A DNA stretch of 64,000 nt from Minisyncoccia bacterium (GTDB lineage: Bacteria > Patescibacteriota > Minisyncoccia > Phycocordibacterales > Phycocordibacteraceae): positions 110,924 to 174,923 of the forward strand of contig JBBRPE010000001.1 in the NCBI GenBank assembly GCA_038228545.1, read 5' to 3'. Below the pieces are notes generated by a model. It searched no databases. It saw only the letters and a list, made by a program, of their open reading frames with translations, and had not been told where the DNA came from. Shown here in pieces: positions 34,821 to 44,994 of this stretch. A program made the translations under genes and the position numbers. Position 1 is the stretch's first letter. Each line of letters opens with the position of its first letter.

Positions 34821-35531
34821 TTACGCCTTGATGCCGGACTCGAAGGCGGAAGCAAGCTCACCGAGCATAAGAGCAATATTTGCACGAGATGCGTCGTTCG
34901 TAACGATAGGATATGTAGCATCCTTAAGGTCGCAGTCAGAGCTGATGATGGCGATGATTGGAATACCAGCGTCGCGAGCCTCCTTCGTTGCGTGAGCATC
35001 ATGCTTGGTGTCTACGATAACGAGAGCGTCAGGACGCTTTGCAAGTGTCTTGATTCCTTCAAGGCGCTCCTCAAGTCGATCGATTTCGCGGTCAATGCGA
35101 ACGCGCTCAAGTTTCGTGTAGAGCTTTGAAAGTTCACCGCTTTCGCGCTTGGCTGAAAGGTCAGCAAGGCGGTCAATACGCTTCTTGATTTCCGTAAAGT
35201 TGGAGATGGTTCCACCGAGCCAGCGACTAGCTACAAACGGCTGCATGAGGCGCTTTGCGGCTTCACGAATGCCATCAGATGCTTCGCGCTTACCGCCAAC
35301 GAAGAGTACGGTCTTGCCATCGCGGGCGAGCGCTGCGATAGCGGTCTTAGCAGCAATAAGCTGTTGGTCGGTCTTCTCCAAATCGAATATTTCGAGCTTA
35401 CCCTTAGCGCCGAGCACAAAGGAGCGCATGGTCGGGTGGCGACGGCTCTTTACCTGGGCAAAATGAGCACCAGCGCCGAAGAGACGCTCGATTCCAGCAC
35501 CGGTCTGGCCGGAGGTAGTTGTTTCAGTCAT
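34821..35531 (-). CDS. rpsB: 30S ribosomal protein S2
   Basis: AGAHF, LFVGGK, RWLGGTISNF; adjacent to tsf. Confidence 0.95.
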   Translation of the reverse strand: MTETTTSGQTGAGIERLFGAGAHFAQVKSRRHPTMRSFVLGAKGKLEIFDLEKTDQQLIAAKTAIAALARDGKTVLFVGGKREASDGIREAAKRLMQPFVASRWLGGTISNFTEIKKRIDRLADLSAKRESGELSKLYTKLERVRIDREIDRLEERLEGIKTLAKRPDALVIVDTKHDAHATKEARDAGIPIIAIISSDCDLKDATYPIVTNDASRANIALMLGELASAFESGIKA

Positions 35532-35585
35532 GTAATACGTACCTTACCATAAGCCTTTTATGGCTTCAATAGGGCGTACGTGGTC

Positions 35586-36539
35586 TTATTCATCGTCCTC
35601 GGCGGGCCCTACTCCCCCGCTTTCCGCAGCCGCTTGAAGGGCTTCAACAATGGGGTCAATGTTCCCCAGCATGATTTTAGGCAGATTATGCCACGACTCC
35701 TTCAGACGATGGTCCGTAATGCGGTCCTGGAGAAAGTTATAGGTGCGAATCTTCTCAGAACGGTCACCGGTACCTATTTGGCCGGCGCGCAGGTCTGAGT
35801 GTTTTTTTGCCTCTTCTTCCACCGCAAGTGCTTCGAGCTTAGCGGCGAGAATCTGCATCGCTTTTGCGCGGTTACCCAACTGCGTGCGATCGCTCGACGA
35901 GCGTACATCGATACCAGTCGGACGGTGAATAAGGCGTACGGCAGATTCTACCTTGTTCACGTTTTGGCCACCGGCGCCTCCCGAGCGCGTAAACTCCATA
36001 TCTATATCTGCCAGATTGATTTCCACCACCGGCTTCACGCGTATCGGAAGCGCAGCTACGGACGCTGTGGACGTATGAATACGTCCTGATTTCTCCGTCT
36101 CCGGTACGCGCTGAACACGATGCACGCCCGTCTCATAGCGAAGCGCATCATATGCAGCGGCGTTATCAATTTCAAGTGTCATATCATCCACGCTACGCAC
36201 TTTCCAGCCCTTACCTTCGGCGTATTTCATATACATTTCGCGAAGCTCTTTCGCAAAATGCGACGCCTCGTCGCCACCGGCGGCAGCGCGAAATTCGAGT
36301 ACAACAGCCTTTGGCTTACTCTCCTCTTCTTTCTCTTTCTCAGTGATACGCTCTATATCATCAAGTATTTCTTTCTGGCGGGCCGTGATGCGCTCTTCGT
36401 CTTCCGCAGCCATTTCGAGTAAGAGAGCGTCTTCCCCTGCAGCTTCACGGCTTGATACCCGTTCTTGTTCGAGACGCTCATATTCCTCCGCGAGGTAGCG
36501 GGTTTCGTGATTGTTTTTAAATTCGGAGGAATATTCCAT
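35586..36539 (-). CDS. prfA: peptide chain release factor 1
   Basis: [12 protein letters not shown] (PxT motif), [19 protein letters not shown]. Confidence 0.93.
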   Translation of the reverse strand: MEYSSEFKNNHETRYLAEEYERLEQERVSSREAAGEDALLLEMAAEDEERITARQKEILDDIERITEKEKEEESKPKAVVLEFRAAAGGDEASHFAKELREMYMKYAEGKGWKVRSVDDMTLEIDNAAAYDALRYETGVHRVQRVPETEKSGRIHTSTASVAALPIRVKPVVEINLADIDMEFTRSGGAGGQNVNKVESAVRLIHRPTGIDVRSSSDRTQLGNRAKAMQILAAKLEALAVEEEAKKHSDLRAGQIGTGDRSEKIRTYNFLQDRITDHRLKESWHNLPKIMLGNIDPIVEALQAAAESGGVGPAEDDE

Positions 36540-36576
36540 AGGTATAGAGTATCACCGCTAACGCACAGGGAATAAG

Positions 36577-36682
36577 AAAACGGACCTGGATGCAAGGCGT
36601 GGGAAGTTAGTTTCTGTAGACGTACTTCGGTACGACGAAAGAAACTAACGGGACCCGCAACGACGCAGATGGGCCCGTTTTG
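36577..36682 (-). repeat. structured repeat, family C copy 2
   Basis: AAAACGGGCC/GGTCCGTTTT, GTTAGTTTCT/AGAAACTAAC, CGTAC-CGAA-GTACG; starts right after the rpmE TAA. Confidence 0.75.
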
Positions 36683-36934
36683 TTATTTCTTAGCTTGTGC
36701 GGCGCGTTGCTTGAAGCGCTCTACTCGTCCCGTCTTATCGAGGGTACGGTCCTCCCCCGTATAGAACGGATGAGAAGCACTTGAGATTTCGACCGTGAAT
36801 TTGTCGTATTCAGTACCTTTCACAGTGCCCTTCTCAGTCGTGCGAATAGTGGAGCCGATAAGGAACTGTTCCCCTGAGGAGATATCCTCAAAGAGTACAG
36901 TACGGTAATCGGCTGGATGTGTGTCCTTTTTCAT
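36683..36934 (-). CDS. rpmE2: 50S ribosomal protein L31 type B
   Basis: MKKDTHP.DYR.V.F.D, EISSASHPFYTG, GRVERF. Confidence 0.93.
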   Translation of the reverse strand: MKKDTHPADYRTVLFEDISSGEQFLIGSTIRTTEKGTVKGTEYDKFTVEISSASHPFYTGEDRTLDKTGRVERFKQRAAQAKK

Positions 36935-37038
36935 TGCCTAGGGACTATAGCAAAATCGACCGTTCAAAGCAAACCGTATTCCGCCGAGTCAGCACAGGAC
37001 ACCAGTATCGACAGCTCTGAACGCTAGAGAGTGAGGAG

Positions 37039-40000
37039 CTAGAACTCGTTGAACTTCGGGAGGACATTCACCGTCACCGACCTCGAAACTCCCTCACACG
37101 TAACGGTGTAGGTAGACTGGGTGGTCACATTCAGGATGGTTGTCGTGTTTGTGCTTGCAGCATTCGTAATATCGCACGATGTGTCCGAAAGGGTTGAGTT
37201 GGTGGTGTTAAAGCCTGGACCACCGATATTCGTTCCGGTAAGGGTACACGCCACGCCTGTAGTTACACCGGTTGCACTCCATGAGACGACTACCGAACCG
37301 CCCGAAACGACGCGCGACGGTGTCGCCGTAATAGTTGGGGTGTCTCCAGCTCCACAGGTGTAGGGGTTACCAGTGATAGTAACTGGTGTGCAGGAGGTCG
37401 GGCCTGCATTCTGCGTGCCATTGGTTGCGCTCACCGTCGGTGAGTAGCTACCCCCGCCTGCGTACTTGTTTATAAACGTTGTTGCAGAACTGGTTTGTGA
37501 CGATGGATTACCGCCGACGGCGCTCCACGTGTAGCTGTTTGCTGCTGGCGCGAAGTTGGCTGCGACCACGGTCCACGTCACGTTCTGATTCGGTGCAGCA
37601 CTAGCGGGTGATGGCGTACAGGAAGATATAACTGGAGAAGCCGGAGCCGTCACAGTCACGGCTGTCCAGGCACTGCAGTTGTCGACTTCACTTGACTCCG
37701 TAATAGTACCCGTGCCTGCGGACGAGTTCTTGTCGGCGCAGACGCGCATGTACTTCGTTGTGCCGGCGTCTGCAAGCGGGTAGGTATAGGAAATGGTCGC
37801 CGGTTCCGTATTGCCGTTCGCAAGAGTAGCCGTAACAATCGTGCCTGCATCAATCACGTTGATGGTGCCCGCTGCATTATCGGCACGCTGGAGCAAGTTA
37901 GTGAACGTAGCTCCCGTCGAAGCATTACCAGTGTTTGAAATCGTAGAAGTAAACGCTACCGAAGAATTTGCTTGAGCGGTGCTCGGTGTTACGACGCCCG
38001 CGGTAAGATTCGGCTGGTTGAGCGACACAAGTGTAAGGGTGACGCCACAGAACGGACTTCCCCACGTGTTAGTAGTTATGCCATTTGCGGTTGAGCCAGG
38101 GAAGGTGCTTACATAACCCGCGCTTTGCTTATGGATGACGGCAGACTGTCCAACGGTGATAAGTCCGCGATGTACGGCAGCAGCGCCTATGTCCGAGTCT
38201 TGCGTATATGGACTACTTCCCCACACACTACCGCCATTTGCACCGCCCGTAACGCTGACGTCGCCGGTGTACGCGGAACACTGGTCGGTTACGGTAACAG
38301 CTGTCCAAGCTCCACAATTATTTACCTCATTTGATTCCGCTATGGTGCCGGTGCCTGCAGCAGAGTTTTTATCGGCACAAATACGCATGTACTTGGTCTT
38401 TCCCGCATCATTCGCAGGGAATGTGTAGAAAATAGTAGCTGCCTCCGTACTACCGTTAGCAAGGGTCGCTGTCACAACCGTACCTGCATCAACCACGTTG
38501 ACGGTGCCCGCTGCATCGTCCGCTTTTTGGAGCAGGTTTGTGAAGGTTGCGCCGGTAGATATAGTACCGGTGTTCGATATGGTCGAAGAGAAGCTTGTGG
38601 CGTTTCCTTGCACAGCTGTCGTCGGAGATACTGCTCCGGCTGAAAGGTCGGACGCAGCGCCCGCGATACTTACACTGTTACTGCAAGCAAAGCTTGTACT
38701 CTGGCTACCAGACGTAACCAATACCGATGCGGTCTTGCTTCCCGGTGAAGCATAGGAAGGAGATATCGATATGCTTGACCCCGAGATTCCGTCCGTACCA
38801 CTCCAAGAATACGTGTACGCGCCGGTTCCACCTGATGGAACTGCGGTCCAAGTAACAGCTGCACCAGTGATAGCAGATGTCGGTGACACCGAACACGTTG
38901 CGGAAAGTGTTGGGTATACCGTGACCGCAGTCCAAACGCTACAGTTATCCGCCTCATTCGATTCAGTAATGACGCCTGTACCGACGGCTGATTGCTTATC
39001 TGCACAGGCACGCAAGTACCAGGTGCCAGCCGTAAGTGAGACGGTTGGTGTGAATGTTGCGGTGTTCGATGCTGGCGAAGCGCCAAGTGTTGGATTTGCA
39101 TAGGTGGCGACGTCCGTTGCGCCGGTTCCACCTGAGTCAGTAGCGCGCTGAAGCAGGTCGGTAAATCCAGCGCCTGAGCTAAGACTGCCTGTATTGCTTA
39201 TGGTCGCGGTATACGTCTGTGCGATACCATTCACTGCCGTTGCAGGAGTTGGTCCACTCGCTGTGAGGTTTGGTTGTGCTGCTGCAGTTACGGTGACCGT
39301 CTGGTATGCGCTGCAGTTATTGCCCTCGTTTGATTCGTTTACGGAACCTACAAAGGAAGAATTATTGTCGGCGCATGCACGTACCTGGAAGGTGCCGGTA
39401 GACCCGAAGGTAACGCTCGCACTCGCCGTGCCTGAAGTACCGGAAGTAAGATTTCCAATCGTGTTGGCTGCGTAGATGGAGCCACCCGAGACCTGAATAA
39501 TGTTATTGAAATTACCACCTGATGGATTGGTTGGTCCGAGTCCGCTATTGGTTACTGTAGAATTTATAGTCACTGCGACATTCACAGTAGCGGACGTCGG
39601 CGAGACGAGACCGGCGGCCAAGTCCGGCAAGTTGACCGTAACGACAGAGGTGCCCGTTGCTGTTCCTGTACCGGTACAGGTAAGTGTGTACGTAGTACTC
39701 GTTGATGGTGTGACGACGACCGTATGGGAGCTTCCGTCCGCAGTTATTGCTCCAACACCATTATTGATAGAGCCTGACGAAGAGTTTGCACAGGTATAGG
39801 TAAGTGTCTGACTACTGCCCACGTTTATGGTCGCTGCAGCTGGTGTAAATGTTGCTACCGGAGCTGCAGGAGCTGCAATAGCAACTGAAGTCCATGGTCC
39901 GCAGTTATTTGCCTCGTTCGATTCAGCGACAGCATTAGAGGTGTCCGCGCAGAGACGCACTTGATACGTTCCTGCCGCACCGAATGAGTAGGTGCTTCCG

Positions 40001-42000
40001 GCGGTCACGCCACTCGAACCGCTCGCGGCTATAGCGATGGCCGGAGATGTACCCACAGTTGTGACTCCTTGTATCTCGAAGTATGACGTGAAGGCCGGGA
40101 ACGCGACCGCATTTCCGATGTTTTGAACGGTGCCCGTGAACGTGAGCGGTGTGCCAGCAGTTCCTGAAACCGGCGCAACATTTGCCGTCACTGTAAGATC
40201 CGGCTGTAGGCCGGTTATTGATACCGTGGTGCTACATGCCAGTGCAGACGTGGTTTGCACGCCATCTGAAATAGTAACCGTACCGGTCTTTGAGCCCGCT
40301 GATGGATAGGTTACCGGTGCACTCGGTCCAGTTGCGCCAGCAAGCGGAGCAGTCCCTCCCCAAGAGTAGGTATAGCCACTTCCCGTTCCGCCCGAACCAC
40401 TCGCGGTCCAGGTTATGGTCGTTGCTGTTGTACCAGATGACGGCGATGCGGAGCAGGAGCCGGTCAGTACTGGGTAGGCAGTAATGTTGGAGAACGCCTG
40501 AGTTGAACCCGTACCAGTACATGTAAGTGTGTACGTGGTAACACCGCTTGATCCAGGAGTGACACTCATGGTGTGTGCCGACCCGTCTGCAGTTATTGCC
40601 GTTCCGTTAATAGTTCCGCTCGATGAATTAGTACAGGTGTACGTCAGGGTCTGGCTTGCGCCAAGAATTATAGTCGCCGAAGTCGGCGTTAATGTCGCCA
40701 CAGGAGCTGGTGGAGTTGTAATAGTAACGGTTTTCGAAGTCCAACCTGATAACCCGCCACGACTGTCTTGTGTCTGTGCCTCGAATGTATAGGTACCCGC
40801 AGAGCCCCAGGAGTGATTGCTCGTGCCTTGTGTTCCGGACGAGATATAGCCCGACGCAGGAATAAGCTCGTCTACGGTGCCGTTATTGTCCCAATCGACT
40901 CCGTAACGGATAGTGTCTCCGTCAGGGTCAGTCGCTGTGAATCCGTAGCCGTAGCTGGTGCTTGTAAGACCGGACGCTGGACCGGTGATGGTCGGCGCAT
41001 TGGGGTTATTGTTCGAGGCAATGCCGACCAGTGCGTACGGAATGACCATCGCACCTACGTTTAGCACATAGGGACTTTTTATGATGGTGTTGCTGTTCCA
41101 TGCAGCAGCTCCTCCGCTCACCGTCGGTTGACCGAAACCGGATATGGCACCGCCCGTCATGGGGAGATTGTTTCCATAACAGCCTGCAACATAGCTATAC
41201 CCGTCTTGACTTGAATTGCGATAGTCGTAATACCGGTAATAGAATTTGCCTGTCGTTGCCCCGTAATTAAATGTAGGGGTGAGGGGTCCGGTTCCAGTAA
41301 TAGTGCACTGTTGCTTAAGAGAACCATCTCCTTGCACTACCGGACCTCCACAGCTCATGCCAGTCGTCCCCGTAAGAGAGCGTGCTGGCGGAGCGACACG
41401 GAGCGGTACGTAGACGTCGAAGTTAAGGTTTAGACCAGCGCTCGCGTCTTGATAATTATAATTGACGATAAAGTCGTTCGGATTACAGGTGATTGAAGAC
41501 GGCGCACTTGCCTGCCAGTCACCATAGGGTGAGTCTGCAGAATACCCCGTTCCGAACCACGTTATATTCTGTGGTGTCCATGCAGGGAACACAAAATTAA
41601 CAACGGTTCCGGTAGGAACACTAGCTCCGCTCGATATGATTTGTCCGTTCGAAGCGTTCGTTACAGATACGTCATAGCCGATAGTGATGTCCGGATTTGA
41701 TAGTCCGTCTACCCATCCTTCAGTGCTGCTTTCGCCACCACCTATCCACCGGTTCCAGGCATACCAAAGGTCATCATTCACCGTTATGTGCTGCGTATAG
41801 CTTCCGCTATTAGGAACCGATGCAGCAACAGTTAGAGTTTCAGTACTACTACTTGGAGATGGGTCGGTTTCCGGAGGAATGGCATTATTACCAACATTGT
41901 ACGTACAGGTACCGCTACACCCCGCCCAGGCACCATGTGCAAGCAACAAGACCGCACCGAGTGCGAACGTGAGCAGCACAGCTGTTTTAAGTGTTTTCAT
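37039..42000 (-). CDS. large secreted adhesin-like protein with PKD/CARDB repeats and an LCCL domain
   Basis: Signal peptide; ATDPDGDTIRYGVDW (PKD-like); five CAD...ESxExxNC CARDB units; VWGSSPYTQDSDIGAAAVHRG (LCCL). Confidence 0.88.
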   Translation of the reverse strand: MKTLKTAVLLTFALGAVLLLAHGAWAGCSGTCTYNVGNNAIPPETDPSPSSSTETLTVAASVPNSGSYTQHITVNDDLWYAWNRWIGGGESSTEGWVDGLSNPDITIGYDVSVTNASNGQIISSGASVPTGTVVNFVFPAWTPQNITWFGTGYSADSPYGDWQASAPSSITCNPNDFIVNYNYQDASAGLNLNFDVYVPLRVAPPARSLTGTTGMSCGGPVVQGDGSLKQQCTITGTGPLTPTFNYGATTGKFYYRYYDYRNSSQDGYSYVAGCYGNNLPMTGGAISGFGQPTVSGGAAAWNSNTIIKSPYVLNVGAMVIPYALVGIASNNNPNAPTITGPASGLTSTSYGYGFTATDPDGDTIRYGVDWDNNGTVDELIPASGYISSGTQGTSNHSWGSAGTYTFEAQTQDSRGGLSGWTSKTVTITTPPAPVATLTPTSATIILGASQTLTYTCTNSSSGTINGTAITADGSAHTMSVTPGSSGVTTYTLTCTGTGSTQAFSNITAYPVLTGSCSASPSSGTTATTITWTASGSGGTGSGYTYSWGGTAPLAGATGPSAPVTYPSAGSKTGTVTISDGVQTTSALACSTTVSITGLQPDLTVTANVAPVSGTAGTPLTFTGTVQNIGNAVAFPAFTSYFEIQGVTTVGTSPAIAIAASGSSGVTAGSTYSFGAAGTYQVRLCADTSNAVAESNEANNCGPWTSVAIAAPAAPVATFTPAAATINVGSSQTLTYTCANSSSGSINNGVGAITADGSSHTVVVTPSTSTTYTLTCTGTGTATGTSVVTVNLPDLAAGLVSPTSATVNVAVTINSTVTNSGLGPTNPSGGNFNNIIQVSGGSIYAANTIGNLTSGTSGTASASVTFGSTGTFQVRACADNNSSFVGSVNESNEGNNCSAYQTVTVTAAAQPNLTASGPTPATAVNGIAQTYTATISNTGSLSSGAGFTDLLQRATDSGGTGATDVATYANPTLGASPASNTATFTPTVSLTAGTWYLRACADKQSAVGTGVITESNEADNCSVWTAVTVYPTLSATCSVSPTSAITGAAVTWTAVPSGGTGAYTYSWSGTDGISGSSISISPSYASPGSKTASVLVTSGSQSTSFACSNSVSIAGAASDLSAGAVSPTTAVQGNATSFSSTISNTGTISTGATFTNLLQKADDAAGTVNVVDAGTVVTATLANGSTEAATIFYTFPANDAGKTKYMRICADKNSAAGTGTIAESNEVNNCGAWTAVTVTDQCSAYTGDVSVTGGANGGSVWGSSPYTQDSDIGAAAVHRGLITVGQSAVIHKQSAGYVSTFPGSTANGITTNTWGSPFCGVTLTLVSLNQPNLTAGVVTPSTAQANSSVAFTSTISNTGNASTGATFTNLLQRADNAAGTINVIDAGTIVTATLANGNTEPATISYTYPLADAGTTKYMRVCADKNSSAGTGTITESSEVDNCSAWTAVTVTAPASPVISSCTPSPASAAPNQNVTWTVVAANFAPAANSYTWSAVGGNPSSQTSSATTFINKYAGGGSYSPTVSATNGTQNAGPTSCTPVTITGNPYTCGAGDTPTITATPSRVVSGGSVVVSWSATGVTTGVACTLTGTNIGGPGFNTTNSTLSDTSCDITNAASTNTTTILNVTTQSTYTVTCEGVSRSVTVNVLPKFNEF

Positions 42001-43445
42001 CATGTTGTGGGTGGGCCAAGTGACGTGTGGTGCGGCACGGTAAGTGTGGTTGCTTTACGACGTGCGACGACTGCCCGCCAAATAAGGAACGCGAGAAGGA
42101 GTAGCGCAAGGACTGATCCAATTATAAAGAGTAGTGTGGTATTCGAGCAGTTCTTGCCGAGAGCTTCACAGGTGTACGGGACCGTTACTTGATCAACAAG
42201 TTTTCCGTGCTGATACAGTTTTGCAACAACTTCGAACGAATCCGAACGTTGTGTAAGAGGTACGGTAATGGCAACGAGATTGCCAGGAATACTGCCTGAG
42301 TAGGATGTGTGTCCAAGCGGTAAGAAGGAGAATGCATCACCTATCACCGGTAGAAGTGCTTTCACCGACACATCAACACGAGCGTCATCGGCTACACCAT
42401 AGCCAGTGCTATGGAAACATACAAAGGCCTTATTTACTCCTCCCAGAGGATAGCCGGTGACGTCTACGGAGCTGAGTCGTGCTTCATAGGAACCGCCGAA
42501 ACGCACGAACCGGAAACCTACGATAGACTTTGCCCCCTTGGAGGTCGTCAGCTCTGCCGTCGTGTAGTAAACCGTGTGATGGGTATCAGTCACGACATGA
42601 CTCACGGTAGTGGAAGCATTCGAAGAAAGTGAAATATGTTGAACCGAGGTTTCGAGCAACGTACTTGGTCTCAAACCATCCCAAACGTACGTCTTCCAGG
42701 TCACATCTCCGACGTAGGATGTTTTGAGCGTATTTGCGACAGTGACTCGAATCGGCACGTCATGAATCTCTTGGGAGACAGCTGGTGCGTACGCAGCAAA
42801 GCGATATTGCTTACCGACAAGCATTCCTGATGTCTTGTCGAAACGGACGGCGCCCGTCTGCGAGTTTATTATTGAAAAATTATAGGAACCGCCGGTAACA
42901 TCATCCGTAAAGGTAAGGCCCTCGAAATTAAAACGATCGTCCTGTACCGCATACGTGCTGATGCGGTACAGGCCCGGCTCCATATCGCCCGGCACTTTCC
43001 AAATAACCTGTACCTGCTTCGTCTCGCCTGGCTGCAACGTTATATTTTGTGCTATCGGAAAGAAATCTACGACGTCCGGTCCGTTCACATTCTTAGTGAG
43101 GTCTGCTGACTGTTGGTGGAATATCTTTACGTACACCGTCGTATCAACCACTGGATAGGCGTTTGTGTTCTTGACCTTAGCAGTAAGCGCCATAGGCGCT
43201 CCTGCAGCAACGCTCAGGAGTTGAGCATCAATGGAAACCTGCACCGAACCGAATTGATAGTAATCAAAACAGGACTTAAGTTCGCCCGTCGGTTTAATGG
43301 ATGAACCGGGAGCAATATATCCCCGAGTTGGTTCAGAAGGGGGTCCTTTATGCGCAGGCGTTGTCGTTGCAGACACAAGCGTCGGAAAAGTACCGACAAG
43401 TGCAAGTAGGAGTAGAGATGAAAACAGTCGCGAAGCGATTTTCAT
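42000..43445 (-). CDS. secreted beta-rich protein with C-terminal TM anchor
   Basis: Signal peptide MKIASRLFSSLLLLALV; C-terminal TM plus basic residues; stop overlaps the downstream start. Confidence 0.8.
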   Translation of the reverse strand: MKIASRLFSSLLLLALVGTFPTLVSATTTPAHKGPPSEPTRGYIAPGSSIKPTGELKSCFDYYQFGSVQVSIDAQLLSVAAGAPMALTAKVKNTNAYPVVDTTVYVKIFHQQSADLTKNVNGPDVVDFFPIAQNITLQPGETKQVQVIWKVPGDMEPGLYRISTYAVQDDRFNFEGLTFTDDVTGGSYNFSIINSQTGAVRFDKTSGMLVGKQYRFAAYAPAVSQEIHDVPIRVTVANTLKTSYVGDVTWKTYVWDGLRPSTLLETSVQHISLSSNASTTVSHVVTDTHHTVYYTTAELTTSKGAKSIVGFRFVRFGGSYEARLSSVDVTGYPLGGVNKAFVCFHSTGYGVADDARVDVSVKALLPVIGDAFSFLPLGHTSYSGSIPGNLVAITVPLTQRSDSFEVVAKLYQHGKLVDQVTVPYTCEALGKNCSNTTLLFIIGSVLALLLLAFLIWRAVVARRKATTLTVPHHTSLGPPTT

Positions 43446-43494
43446 GGGTACCAAAAGTATACCAGTCAAAACATCACACGTCGCACACATTACG

Positions 43495-44994
43495 TTACTT
43501 AGTGGGGATGACGGGAACAGTCACGAGTGTCTCCGTCGTTACGCCGGGAGTATTTATGCTCGTAATGAGTCGTCCATACTTATCCATTGCGAACGCAGGA
43601 CCGTGTATAACCGAGCTTGCGAGAGGAAGCCCTGATTCAACTGCCTGAAGCTGAGAGAATCGTATGATGTCGTGCTCAAGTGAGACCGAAGGTTGGAACC
43701 AGCCATGTGAAGCCGGGACGAGGAGAATATTTGCACCCTGTTCTTTCTTAACCGAAACACCAAGGCGCGGCATCATCACCTCGAGACAAAAGAGTACGGA
43801 TGCACGCGCATTCCCTGCTGTGGCAATGCTTCCATGCCCGATGCCGTTGCCGTAGTTACGATTGGTCGTGAACCGCTCTTCTTCTTTGGTTGCGCCTAAT
43901 GTCTGCAAAAGAAGCTTGAAAAAGAACGGCAGGTACTCACCTTGCGGTGTCAGCACGAGTTTATCGCGTAATCCATAGTCGCCTGTAATTGTATCGGCGT
44001 ATGCACGTACAAAGCGCAAACCACCCGAAGTCTTGATGAGGCCTGAATCTATAAATACGGAGTTGGTCGTCGTGCCCGTGAAGGAACCCAGAGTATCAAG
44101 CGAAAACGGTGTTAAGAGGTGCGAGTCTTCTGGCATAAGCACAATATCAGCGTGTTCTGTGACCGCATGCCGTACAAACTGTCCATTCGTAATGGTGAGC
44201 GCATCATCCTGAAGTGTGCGTCCACCGGTATCGGGTGCCCACGAAGAAAGGAGTGCTACAGTCACCGGCGCCTCCTTGCTACGATTGGGATCCATCATCT
44301 GACGGAGTGCAACCGTCGGTAGTACGGATACGATGATCAGCACTGCACAGATTCCAGCGAGCTGGAAAGAGCTCAAGCGCTGCTGTTTGGTACGTAGTGC
44401 ACCGTAGATGAGCACGTTCGCAAGAGCAAGGAGAAACGCGAGCATAGGGAGTCCGCCATACGCGACAACCTGACGCCAGCTTTCGTTATCTATAAGCGGT
44501 ACTGCACTGAAACCAGCGGTGAAAAAGAGTGGATTGTGTATACCCTGGGCAAACGTAAGTGCGTTAAACGTGAACATGCGCAGATATTCAAATGCAGGCC
44601 ACAACACGGCCACGGCAAGGCCATCAAGTACGTATTCGAGGCGTAGTAGACGAACCAGCATCATCCAAAACCCAACACATACGGCAGTTGAGAGCGTAAC
44701 TAATGTCCAACTAAATATGATGAACGTAAGACCAAACAACGAATTTGTGACGCCAAAGACGGTTGGTAGCGGATACGCGGCGAAGAACCAGGAGCATCCT
44801 GTGCCCATAATGGCGATACCGGCGAGCGTACCGGCAAAAAATGCCTCGCGTGCACTCCTCACTTCCCTGCTCGCCATCAGTAGCGGGATGAGTGCGACGA
44901 AGCTTACGAACCAGGCGCCTGGCACCCGGTACGCAAGGGCGAACAGCGCGCCACCTAACAATGCCAGCAAATACGGATTTTTTGTAAACATCAT
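43495..44994 (-). CDS. lnt: apolipoprotein N-acyltransferase-like (nitrilase fold) membrane protein
   Basis: Multi-TM N-half with FEYLR and YGG; Glu-Lys-Cys triad motifs MPED, KLVLTPQGEYLP, FCLE; SHGWF. Confidence 0.8.
   Translation of the reverse strand: MMFTKNPYLLALLGGALFALAYRVPGAWFVSFVALIPLLMASREVRSAREAFFAGTLAGIAIMGTGCSWFFAAYPLPTVFGVTNSLFGLTFIIFSWTLVTLSTAVCVGFWMMLVRLLRLEYVLDGLAVAVLWPAFEYLRMFTFNALTFAQGIHNPLFFTAGFSAVPLIDNESWRQVVAYGGLPMLAFLLALANVLIYGALRTKQQRLSSFQLAGICAVLIIVSVLPTVALRQMMDPNRSKEAPVTVALLSSWAPDTGGRTLQDDALTITNGQFVRHAVTEHADIVLMPEDSHLLTPFSLDTLGSFTGTTTNSVFIDSGLIKTSGGLRFVRAYADTITGDYGLRDKLVLTPQGEYLPFFFKLLLQTLGATKEEERFTTNRNYGNGIGHGSIATAGNARASVLFCLEVMMPRLGVSVKKEQGANILLVPASHGWFQPSVSLEHDIIRFSQLQAVESGLPLASSVIHGPAFAMDKYGRLITSINTPGVTTETLVTVPVIPTK

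Noticed and set aside
36600-36650. Hammerhead-like CTGTAGA-stem-ACGAAA in the family C hairpin
   Set aside because: The core deviates from CUGANGA/GAAA (wrong bases, extra AC), stems I/III are absent, and copy 1 does not keep it.
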